This document shows positions 39,401 to 51,400 of a stretch of 64,000 nt of DNA, piece after piece; within the stretch, counting starts at the first letter, position 1; the number at the start of each line of letters is the position of its first letter. The position numbers and the translations under genes were made by a program. The notes under the pieces were generated by a model that was not told the DNA's origin, searched no databases, and saw nothing but the letters and a program-made list of their open reading frames with translations. This DNA is from Bispira polyomma. Lineage: Eukaryota. The DNA is taken from the NCBI GenBank assembly GCA_965649765.1, contig OZ287748.1, positions 67,084,001-67,148,000 on the forward strand, given 5' to 3'.

Positions 39401-42400
39401 AATAAGAGTAGGGTTGTTAAGTGTCACTAAGTCAGCAGCCCCCTAAAGACATTGTGCTGTGTACACTTCCTTACCTACTCAGCACCAAACAAATTACATC
39501 AAAAAGTAAAATAGTTGTTCTATTTTTACAAGTGAACTGAAAAATTATAAATGCAATTTGGCATAGAATTTGTTTAGATTAATTAATATTAGGGCTGAAT
39601 AGGACATTAGAACGTCAAATAAATTTAACTACGATTATATTAATTCCATGTTTTGTTATAAGGTAATTAACCTTCAGTGTTGACGAGTTTGTATAATATC
39701 AGTATCAGTTGGTACAACTGGTGTTAAACTTGTTAGTGCAGAGTTGGCTTTAATGACGACTTAGCATGATACATCTCTACTACAGTCATAACTTCAGTGG
39801 ACTTATGTATAGAGAAAGACTTTTGAATTTGAATTTTTTTTTTTTAATTGGGATATTTAACGTCCACTCTAGTACCTGTTTAGGTTATATTGGGACGGGT
39901 AGTTGGAAACGCTGGAGGAAACACTGCATACAGTTGATCAAGGTTCTGCACTGAAACCAGCAGCCCATGGTAAGGAACTACCACCTTTCCCACATAGGCA
40001 TTGATGGGATTCGAACTCACGCCGCCCAGAGTTGAGAGACCAGTGATTGTCATCTGATCAGGGTTTAAAAGCTGGTGCCGGGTAATACAATCAACCATAT
40101 TACCAAGCGCCCTTGAAAATGTATATGAAAACTATAGTAATTACGGGAATTTCCAAGGTTTTTAGTGTCAATTTTGCGCAATATTTTGGATAGAATGTTG
40201 ATAAAAGGTGTGGGTAAGATAAAACACACAAGACTCGCCCTATCAGGCTCATATTGTACTGTTTGATCTTCTCTTATCATATATATTTTTGTATATACAC
40301 ATGTAACAGTAATTATGCAAAAAATTCAGTAAATACACATATTTATTTATTTTGTCAATAAAGTTTTCCCACAAGTCCTAAATTTTTGAGTAAATACGCG
40401 TATTTACTAATTTTTGGCCTCCATTATTTTACAAATTTACTGGTGGTTATTTCAGTAATGTGTAATGTGAACATTTCATTCAAGTTTTTCATTTACATTT
40501 AAAACATAAACATTAATGTTTGTTATTTCATCAGTCTTTCTCATGCATATGATTTACATGTAATATTATTTGGTCGTTTAACCAAAAGATAAGATAAGAC
40601 ACCAAAAGTACAGTTGCTCAGTATTTTTAGTAAGTGGCAAAACTTATGTCTAATGCTACTCCCACATGTAAAGTCGAGTTTCACTACACAAGTTATGCAA
40701 AGTTAAAACAAGTCTCCCACCTTCCAGAGATAGATACCAAGTTAACTTGTCAAAGCTTGTAATGGAGCTTTTGCTGACTTTTTGTTAAGTCATGGCAACT
40801 TGGTTTAAATCGTGGCAGCTCTGGGCCGGCTGAAAAAATGTGTTTTAGAAACTTATGACAACTCGTGCTTTTTTTTAAGGCCAAGAGAAAAGCTGAGGCC
40901 ATCCGAGTTTAATATGTGCTTGTCAGGAGTAATGTGGAATCCAGGCCAAGTTAAAACTCTAGCTTAGTTGGGCAAGTTAAGCATTAAACACTGTGTCTAA
41001 TTTAGGAAGGTGTGACACCCATATTAAAGGATAGAAGTAATCTTCTAAACTCTGCTTCTAGTCACTTGTCCACTTACCTGAAGTTTGAGTACTGATAAGG
41101 GTAGCCTGAAGTGTGTATATTGCCAATGCTGTCAAAGTACACATAGTTGTAATGGTCGCCTTTGTAGGCGAGGCATAGGTCACAATCTAAACAGCATAGC
41201 ATAAAAGGATGTATAAAAATAGGAATTAGTTGTGAACTATTCTAGCCAAGTAATTCACAGTGAAAATATTGATGTCGTATTAGTTTTTAAACTAAAAATG
41301 AGCAATAGTAAAATTAATTCCAATTCATGAAAATACTGAAATTCTTTCCCATCTAAAATTCCCCCTGCTAAATACAGTATATATGTATATAGACATACTG
41401 CTGTCTCTGTAACTTGGCAATTACATTTGATGTTTAATCAGTAGTACATTAAGTGCCTGTGATATAATATGCATGTACATCACCTCAAGGTTTGAATCAA
41501 GAAGTCAAATTAAATAACATAACAGAGATGGAACCTATATTTGACATGTCATACCACACACCATACACACTGTATTCAAGGATTAAATCAAGATGTAAAA
41601 TATAATAAAATGAGAGATTGATCTATTTATATGCTATATCATATAAGCACACCTCACAATGCACTGCAGGTGTATCTGTACAGTTAAAAAATAACCGAAG
41701 AGATATCTATAACTATTTTTGTCATATGTCATAGACTCACACCATACACTGTGTTGAAGGTTTATCTGTGAAGTTAAATTAAAATAAAAGAAGAAAGATA
41801 GAACTATTGATTTGATATGTCATATAATCACACAACACACTGTATTCAAACTGTATCTGTGAAGTTAAATTAAATAAAAGAGGAGAGGGTAAACTATTTA
41901 AGTGATATGTCATACTGACACACACACCACATATTTGACTGAAGGTGTATCTGTGATGATTACTGACCTTGATTTGACACCACATTCTCCCCAAGCAAGG
42001 ATGCACTCTTCTGTACAGTGTCATGTGATACAAAGATCCATTGCATGTAAATACTGTCAGCTAACTGGACATAAGGATGTTCCCCTAAATTGAAGTCTGT
42101 TGATACTGAGGCTTCAGTAGGAAACACTGCATAGAAACATAACAGTAAAATGTGTTCTGCAACACACCAAAAATTGTGTAGAATATCAACATTTTATGGA
42201 TACTACAGGTACATAATGATGGTATTGTGTAAGAGTATACAAACAATTTATGGCCAATTCATATTAATGTTAACATTTTAGCTATGTACATTGTATTTAC
42301 ATATAATGCAATATGCACTTGCAGAAAATCCACAAATACATATGGCCTGTTTAATTTATGTTTTCCTTAAACAACAATGAATATTCTACAAAAGGTAGGA

Positions 42401-45400
42401 TTGTTATTCCAAAACAGGTCTTGCAGGTATGTGTGACATTTTATTTTTATCTGTCCATTGCTTCGATATAACCATATATTTAGGGAAAGTAATGTCTTGG
42501 AAATTAATTTTACATATTCTATTCAAGCTCCACCAACATTGTTACAATAGTATCTATAAAATTCATATTTACTAACACCATATTTTTTTACATGGAACAA
42601 ACACTTTTTTTTCCTTTTTTTAAAAAAAATATTATCCTATCGTATTAAGACAGCGAGAGTAGAGAAACCGCCCATTTGGGAATTAACAATTTCTTTCAAA
42701 TGCAGTATAAAATTTTATACAACCAAGTATACAACATAACAATTTATGACATTTAAAATTATAGCGAAAATATAGTTGACAGAATAATTTTTCAGCTGCT
42801 TTTTTAAAGTTTTTGGTTTTCAGATAATAAATCAATATTGCACAGACTAAGAATATGGCTGTAGTCCACTATTTGTGTTACCTTTGTGTTTTCAATATTT
42901 GTCAAGTTTACAGTTGCTAATATACTGACTCTTCTCATTCTCCAGTTTTTACCTGTGTTGAAATCCTCTTCAGAGAGTGTACAGTTTTCTTCACTCAGCT
43001 GGATCTCATGAATATTGAAGTCATCAGCTGTTTGATAAATAGCTGCAATGACAAGTCTGTGGACCATGCCCTCTCCACCTGGTACACAGAAACTACACTT
43101 CACCAAGCCATCACGTGACTTTTCACAATTTGTGATATCACTGAAGTCATCCATGCCATTCGTTGTGACATCAACACCTTGTTGCATCACTGGGACTCTT
43201 GAGAAACCGTAGGTGCCTTCCAGCCAAACTAATATCCCATTATCTGATAGGTATGTTAAAGTTTGCATCTTTATGGTCAGTTTTTTATTTTTGCTGAAGT
43301 TTTCAGGTTGTGACAAAATGATGGCCGTTTCTCCTTTTACCGTTGAGGGCCATGTTGTCAAGTGAAGAGATGTTTCTGAAAGGTAAAAACAAAAAAAATT
43401 AGTTACAGCTGTATGGGATAGTAAACCTGGTTCCATTATAATACAATTATAATAGTCAATGAGCATAATGCACAAAAAACTTAACCATCAAATGCAGGCA
43501 AAAACATTTGAATTAGTTTTCTAACATCACAAACAAAAATATAATCGCTTGCTCCAATGCTAGCGCAGATGCAAGCGCAAATTCTATGAGAGTTTTCAGC
43601 CTTACACAACTGTCACAGTGCGATTTCAGTGCTCGACATCACTCGTGAACTGCTAATCGGCCCACTTTACAGAACAAAATGGATACTTAATATACTTACC
43701 ATAATAAATGTCATAGTCTGTTTTTTCCCAAGTTAGCTGATCGTGATTATTTAGCTGCCTATAGCCACATATGTACTTATCATCAAACCCACAACTGATT
43801 GTGATTTTGGATTCTAAAAGACAAAACCAGATATGGAAGTTACAAGGATCACCAAACCTCAGAACAAACAATCTCTATGTACAATATAGAATCTACTATG
43901 CTCTTACTGCTGTAAAAATAATAATAATAATTACATTTCTATACAGCATTTCAAGTTTTAGATAAATGTCTGTTCCAATGCGTTTTACAAACAATTTATT
44001 TTAAGACACATACTCTTATAATATATTTGTCAAGAAAGACAATAGTGGCACTAACTTTTTTAAATATATAAGATTTCAATTGTTATTTAAGACTTTCAAC
44101 AGATACTAAGGTCTTGGTGTCTTCTGGTTGTGGGTGTTCTATTTTGTTGGTGCTGCTACTGAAAATGCAGGACCATCAATTGTTTTGCATTTTGACTTTG
44201 GAATCGTGAGTTAGAGGTTTCCTGCTGGATCGGGTTATCTGACAAGATTTCTCTTTAGTTATTAGTATCACATTTATAGAACTATTACAATATTAACAGC
44301 ATTCATGAAGTGTATAGTATCAGTAAACAAAAAATGTTGTAAGCATTATAAATATTAGTTGTAAATATTGCACCTGCACAACAGCACACCTCATGTGCTA
44401 TCTTTATTACCATGTAGGCAGTCCTTATACTGGTATTATATCTAACATGTTGGTGATCAGTATACCATATTCTGTCTAATTGGTATGAAGCAGTCATCTT
44501 AGATTTTGTGTGGTTTCACAACACAATGAAGTACCTCTATAAGGATATTCACACTTACCACATACACTGGATTCGTCGCTCCAGTCATCACAATTGCGTT
44601 CATTATCACAGGTTTTGGACAGTGGGATACAGATACCATCCCCACAGGTAAATTCCTCCTCTTCATTGCATGCTAAAGTCATTACACATATATAATGAGA
44701 CATGCAATCCATAGAGCGCTAAGCATGTTATTCCATCAAAACAAGTATTCATTTAAAGTGTGTGACATCAAAGTATTGTCTTAATGTGATGTAACACAAC
44801 GTAACTTGTGCATACGTCACACCACTATTTCAGTGAACTTGGAATATAAATTTAGACAGACTGGACATATAATCAATTAGTCATTTTGGGCATGAGGTGA
44901 TATGAAATATTGGATAAAGGTTTGGTAAAGGTAATTTATTAAGAGCCAGGTACACAAATGTAATTATAATTTAATTTTGAAACAAAACATTTTTATGCTA
45001 CTACAAAATTAGAACTTACTTAAACATAAAAACATTTAGATGCTTCCTCTTTCTTTATACAACAAATGAGGTATTGATGGGTGGAATTAAATAATCAATT
45101 GGATAAAACTATTGCCAACTAAGGACAATTATAGCCAATTGCCTCCACAAATATGTTAAATATGATACACCTACCGCATCGGTCTATGTCACATGGTTCC
45201 AAATTCCAGTACCCATTGCTAGTACTGGTAAAACATGAAGGAAATGCTATGCCTTCGATGTTTATGTATCTACAATGATTTTCTAAGGTGTCAATACTGC
45301 TATCGGGAAATAATATTGTCATCAGTGCCTCTTCTTGATCAGGAAGATTGAACTCATGAATAATATCCGTCCAGGGCAAACATTGCCTCCCAGACACAGA

Positions 45401-48400
45401 GACTGATTTTGTGCCAATATATTCTAGTCCGACAACACTCTGGATGCATTCACGTTCTGTGGTGGTAGAATGAAACATGTTAAATAAGTATTGGCAAAAC
45501 TTGAGACAAAGCATCTTGGTAAACAGAAAGTCAATTCACAGGGTAAGTCAAGTTGGGTAACTTTTGCAATTAATCTGCGACTTTATATAAAAATCAACTG
45601 GAGATAATTTAATAATTGATTACATAATATTAAAAAATATCAGTACCTTTAAAAGCTTGAAAGTTTAAAAAAAAGAGTTTTGCTTTATCAGGAAGCAAAA
45701 GTTGTTTCATTCAACATAGAATAGTTATAAGTAGGTTTTAATAGTTAACAGCAATGGTCTGTGAGTGCTTTAATTATATGACATTTAAAAGAAAACGGTG
45801 TGGTACATATTTAGGATATCAGATAAATAAGATGTTATTCGTACATGATCATAATGCACTTCAGATGTTAACTATGTTCATGTCTATTATACAGTGTACA
45901 TTATGGCTTTCTATTTGTGCAATTGAACTAAATAAAAACCAAATATTAAGTCACCAAACAATTAATGACACTCACTCATTTCTTCACAATGGGTTATCTC
46001 AATATCATCCAACATAAAACTATTGGCTTCCTCTGACTGTTTTGCCTCCAATATCACTTTATGAACACCATCAGGAAATGTGTGGTACAGCCGTAGCCAT
46101 TGCTGTCCAAGCACGACATCCTCACCAAAAATCTCAGTACCATTGATAATGGCCTCCTCGGTAGTCATTAATGACTCTTTTTTCAGGCGAACACGGAAGG
46201 TCCCATCCCCACCGTATGTTTCATTTTGTGTCAACATAGACACAAAGAGGAAGATACAACGACCTGTGGTATTGATGTAATTTGTGGTTTCCATCTGAGC
46301 TGTTTTGCCTGCTGCTGCTTTTGTGTCACGGAACAACAAGTAATGTCCCATTGCTATATTGATAAAACAGATACATAATATTTGGATGATATGTTAAAAA
46401 ATAAGGTTCAATTTGAGTGATAAGCAACAACAGAGTGAAGGCTACATTGTGGCTTGACCAGATATCTACATTCTTGGCTGCACAAAGTGTAACTCTTCTT
46501 TTGCTTTTTGTTAAACAATGTCAAGGCTGAGTTCAGTAATGATTGTTCAAGATCATTATGAATTAAGGTTAATTGATCACAGTTTACTTAGTGGTTGTAC
46601 GCATCTGTGTTAATACTACCAACTTCTCACATCCAAGGGTATTGCAAATATGGCAATCCTGATTACTTTGTAGTGTGGGAACATTTGGTGATGCCATAGG
46701 ACTGTGGTTTCCTGAATATAGAATACCAGATTCCCCCACCAATAAATCTGGCCATTACAATGTAATCAAAGATGTTGAAACTGGCTTGAAACCAAAATAA
46801 ATTCAACCAATCCACCTAATCCAACTACAGTATAGACATGTTTGCTTTGCAACTTATGGCTGTCAGATTATGATGTGCAGTTGATATAAAAATATAAAAT
46901 GGCTACTTTTTGTCTTTGCTATTTTCACAGCCAGCTAGAAAACGTAATGTCTATTGACAGCTCAAGTTTGATGGCAATAACACCTCAATTACAAATGTAA
47001 TTGTTAGCATTTTTATTATAGCAAACATTTAATAGTGCTAAACTTGATGTCAAAAGAAAGCAGAATGGAATGCCACATTATACCTAATAAAAACCTTTAA
47101 CGAATGAGTTGGGAAAACATATAAAACCGCACAAAAGGTGGCTAGTGGGCGAGTGATTATAAAGAGATTTTAAACATGGTTCTCAAAGCAGTTCAACTTC
47201 AATTTTCAGGATAGTGTGCAAATATGTTACACTTACTACTGTTGTATGTAACATCCGGGTAACTTGCTGTGACTCTTTGCCATGTTTCTGCTTCACTTCC
47301 CAGTGTCGCAAACCGACAACGGGATTGAGAGTCTCCGGCATCATCTTCAAAGGTGCAATATATTCTGGAATTATCTGTAAAATATAATGTATAGTTGGTT
47401 TTGTTTGAAGGTATAGATATATGCAGGTATAGATAGATAGTTTTCTTCTATTTTTTGTAACAGTATTGATATCACATATTTGTAGGTAAAACAGTTCCGT
47501 TTTGGTTGTTCAAGGAAGTCCAACATAATACAAGGTAATTGCACACAAAAAGTTCCCAGTAATTCTTGATAACCCTCCCACAAAAAAAGTATTCAACGCA
47601 TGCTTATTTAGACAAGAGAGACAAATTAACGCATAAATTTGTACTCTGTGAAACCAGGAAGGAACAATTACAAAGTGGAAATTTCACTAAAATTTATTAA
47701 AATAGTATTATCAGGACTCATATATTCTTAGATTACAAAGAAAAACATTATTTTTGATAAAACATGAAGCAATACTCTTCCACTGAATTAATCTACCATT
47801 ATTTGCATATCTTAAGCTTTACACCTACCTATACATCTCTGCTTCCTGTAGAAGTGCCTCCTACTATTAATACAGTTTGTCTGTCTTACGTTTGCCTCTT
47901 CTTGGGTAAACCATTTTTCATCTTCACCCGTGAATGACGTCAACGTGCATGTTCGAGTTGTTGCATCATATAAAAACCCACTACACATTTCAGCTTCTAA
48001 GAGATCTGAACAAAGCCTTTGACATACCGACGCTGTTGTTTCGACAAAGGATCTCACAAATATGGCATTTGGTGGAATGGTACAAACTAGTGGGTTGAAC
48101 AAATAGGTTTCTTGACATTCCTGAGCTTCACCTGTATACACAAATATAAGACCAAAATAAAATGTCCGATCCATATATGATTTGGACACCAAACAGAACA
48201 TCTGCTATTCAATAGGTATCAGAATGATTACATTTTGATATCAATAAATTATTTGGTACAACAGTTAAGTAAATAAGAAACAAGTTCCAAGTAAATATTG
48301 AATATATACATACAATGTGGTGGTAGACACAGTGTAAAACAATATAACACAATAGTGCAACAAAAATAGCAACATACTGTAGCTGATGTGATATTTAACC

Positions 48401-51400
48401 AGAACCTTACTTGTGTGGTGTTTCTGTGAGTCATATATGTAAGTCGTGATGTCATATACCCCATATCTTTGTAGAGCAGCAAGCCTAGTAAACAAAAAAC
48501 CACAACAAATGTCTCATATATTTTTTATCAAAGTAAAACACATTCAAGTGCATCCAGATAGGTGTTTTTGTATGGTATTGTAGTTTAATACCAACAACTC
48601 CCTGTGTTCTGGGACTCAAAGCAATAATTTACCTTTTCCTGATTGCACATGGACAACCAACCAACCAGCAAAAGTAACTGCCATTCCACTAACTGAAGAT
48701 AGCTTCAGGATTGCCATTTATCAATGTTTCCAATGTTCTTTATAGCCCAGTCACACCTACACATGATAAAGTCCCGTAACGTAGCATAACAATAAAATCT
48801 GAAAATGTGGTTGTTTGTATCAATGTGACGTCATTTCCATGAAGGTGCAGTCGATTGTGACGTTGGTGACGATGTTGATGACGTTTTGTGACAATTTTAG
48901 TACTTTTACACACGGACCCGGGAGTAAAAAACAGACTTTACTGGTATGATATCACTGGCTACTACTACATAGATTTACTGTATGCTACTTACGGCTGCGT
49001 TATGGTGTGTTTTGCTATCGTTTACGACGAATATAGACAAGTGGAGACGATCTCATTACTTACTGCTACATTATGGTAGTTATACAGATGAGTGGAGACA
49101 TCCTCGAGAAATGGAGAGCTCTTTCACGATTATTTCGCAATAATCATGGCAACAGACCAAAAGAGACGTTACCGGAAGGATATCATCCATTAACCAACGT
49201 CACAAACGCACCAGGGATCCTCACTTTTGCATTACCTCCTACTACGTTTGTACTAGGTTTAAAAACAACTGAAAACGTCACCCAAATGTATCTCCAGCAC
49301 ATGTAGGTTTGACTGGGCTATTAGCCTGCCCCTGAGGGTGGAATTCAAAGCAGGTGGCAGATGACTACAATTTCAAGTGGTTATCCTAGCCACTATATAT
49401 CTGCATGTGCCTGGGCTGAAATCAAATCCAGGTCCACTGCATACCCACTAGGCAACAGTCGTCTTGCAACAAACTAGATCCTGGAAAATAAACTTGCTTC
49501 ATCTGGTATGCAACAAGAACAAATACCAGATAAAGAATGATATATGAGAGATAATTCTAGATAGGTTATGTTACACTTTACACAGCAGGACCCTTTAGGG
49601 GCCTGATACTTCAGTCCACTTACAAACCTTTTAACTTTCATCACAACCTTAATTTCGGTTATACCAACAATATATGTAGCTATTTACTGGGCTACTAGCC
49701 AATCACAGCCCACACACTTGTTGTTTAGGCTTCACTTTCCAAATCACCATTTTGAATCTACATTCAAGCTATAGAATTCAAAGCAACAACAAGTGAAAAA
49801 TATTTTATGAAATAAATGAATTGTATTTAGGCGATTTTATTATTTTAACTTGGTTTTTATGACACATTGTGTGCTACATATTGTGAATCAATCGACATGG
49901 GTCGTACTAAGAAAACGCCCACACACAGCTCAGTTAAAAAATCGACCAAGAAACCACTTACAGCAAGAAAGACAAAGGAAAGGCAAGTAGTTGATTCTCT
50001 CGTCTTGGACCTCGACGGTCAATTATCACAGGTAGCGGGCCCCTCTAGTACTGACAATTCTTTTCAACAGATAAATAGCGATGCCTCGCCAATGATGGCG
50101 ACTCGGGGGCCCCTACTTAGGCCGGGTTCTGACACAACCAGCAGCCAGAATTCTGACCAAATGCTTGCCATTCTCATGAGGCTTGAAGCTTCTAACACCG
50201 ACTTAGCTGGTCGTTTGCAGAAAGTAGAACAACAGGCATCGACTAACGCATCCATGTTACCTACCCCATCTCTCCTCGGGACGGGTCACACACCGGCCAT
50301 CGGGCAGATGGGAACTACAGCTTCACTTAACGTGCAGGGTACATCTGCATACAACCAACCTGCTACAGGCCACCACGGTCAGATCGCTGCCGGATCACTA
50401 CCACAGACGGGTTATCCTCCTCAACAACCAGCACAGGGCAACGCTGCGTTCGCGCTTCACACTCAGTCAGGCAATATTGCATCAGCTTATATGCAGAACG
50501 CTAGACCAGACATCCCCGTAGCAACACACACGGGCTACGCGGGTCACGATTACCAACGAGAAGGGATCGTACCGAATCTAGGTGCTTTAAGAACCTTACC
50601 TCACGTCCAGGCGGAAGTTACCAGACAACTTGCTCAGTATTCAGCACTTGCACAGCGAGATATAACACAAGGTAAGGCATCTCTTAAGCATAAATCGGGA
50701 CGGTTCAATAACACAGACGTCACTTCCATGGATCCCAGGCTAAGGTGGCCTAACGAAGGGTGGGTAGGGGGTTCTTCAAAGAAGAAGCCAACGTTCAATG
50801 AACTCACACTGCCGCAGTGGGCTGCAGGGCAGCTCGCTAACGCGCTATTAGTACCTAACCCTGCTGAAATGAAGGACATGGTAAGACAAATAGTATCAGC
50901 ACTCAGAGATGCTTCATCTCTTCCGTGGCACGTTGTCAGGACAGCCTGGGCTCTCAGTATGCACGAGGTTGAGGAGGGCCGGCTGTCCTGGCAGAACGAC
51001 ACCCAATGGTCACTGAATAGGCTCAGTGCTTCCCAGGTAGCCATGGTCAACAGTGCAAACGTAGGTATTAGCAACAGCAATTCTAGCAACGATTCTAAAC
51101 TTATTTGTAAGTTATATAACAATGATAAATGTACCCACAAGTCAGATCACGACAAATACAAACACATCTGTTGGCATTGTAGCCGAACCCTGGGAAAGGA
51201 CTCCAACCACCCCGAGTTCAAGTGTTACAGATCCAACAGTAAACAGCTGGACACTCAGGTAAACCAAGGAAAGCAAAGCTAGGTAATTCTTCAACAACCA
51301 GGAGAACGAACTATAGTTAAAGATAATTGCAAAGTAGAAATAAGAGATGAGTATGATAGTAACATTAAAATTGTAAAAGGTGAGCTTAAATCTAATGATG

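Noticed and set aside
32648-48131. Reading the PAN/MAM/kringle/LDLa/CUB exons as a separate nested gene
   Set aside because: No stop or terminal exon was found, and both ends splice in phase to DEG/ENaC exons on the same strand. It is disfavoured but not formally excluded without cDNA.
48888-49306. Two short ORFs inside the Harbinger MITE
   Set aside because: No transposase or Myb/SANT motifs; the element is non-autonomous.
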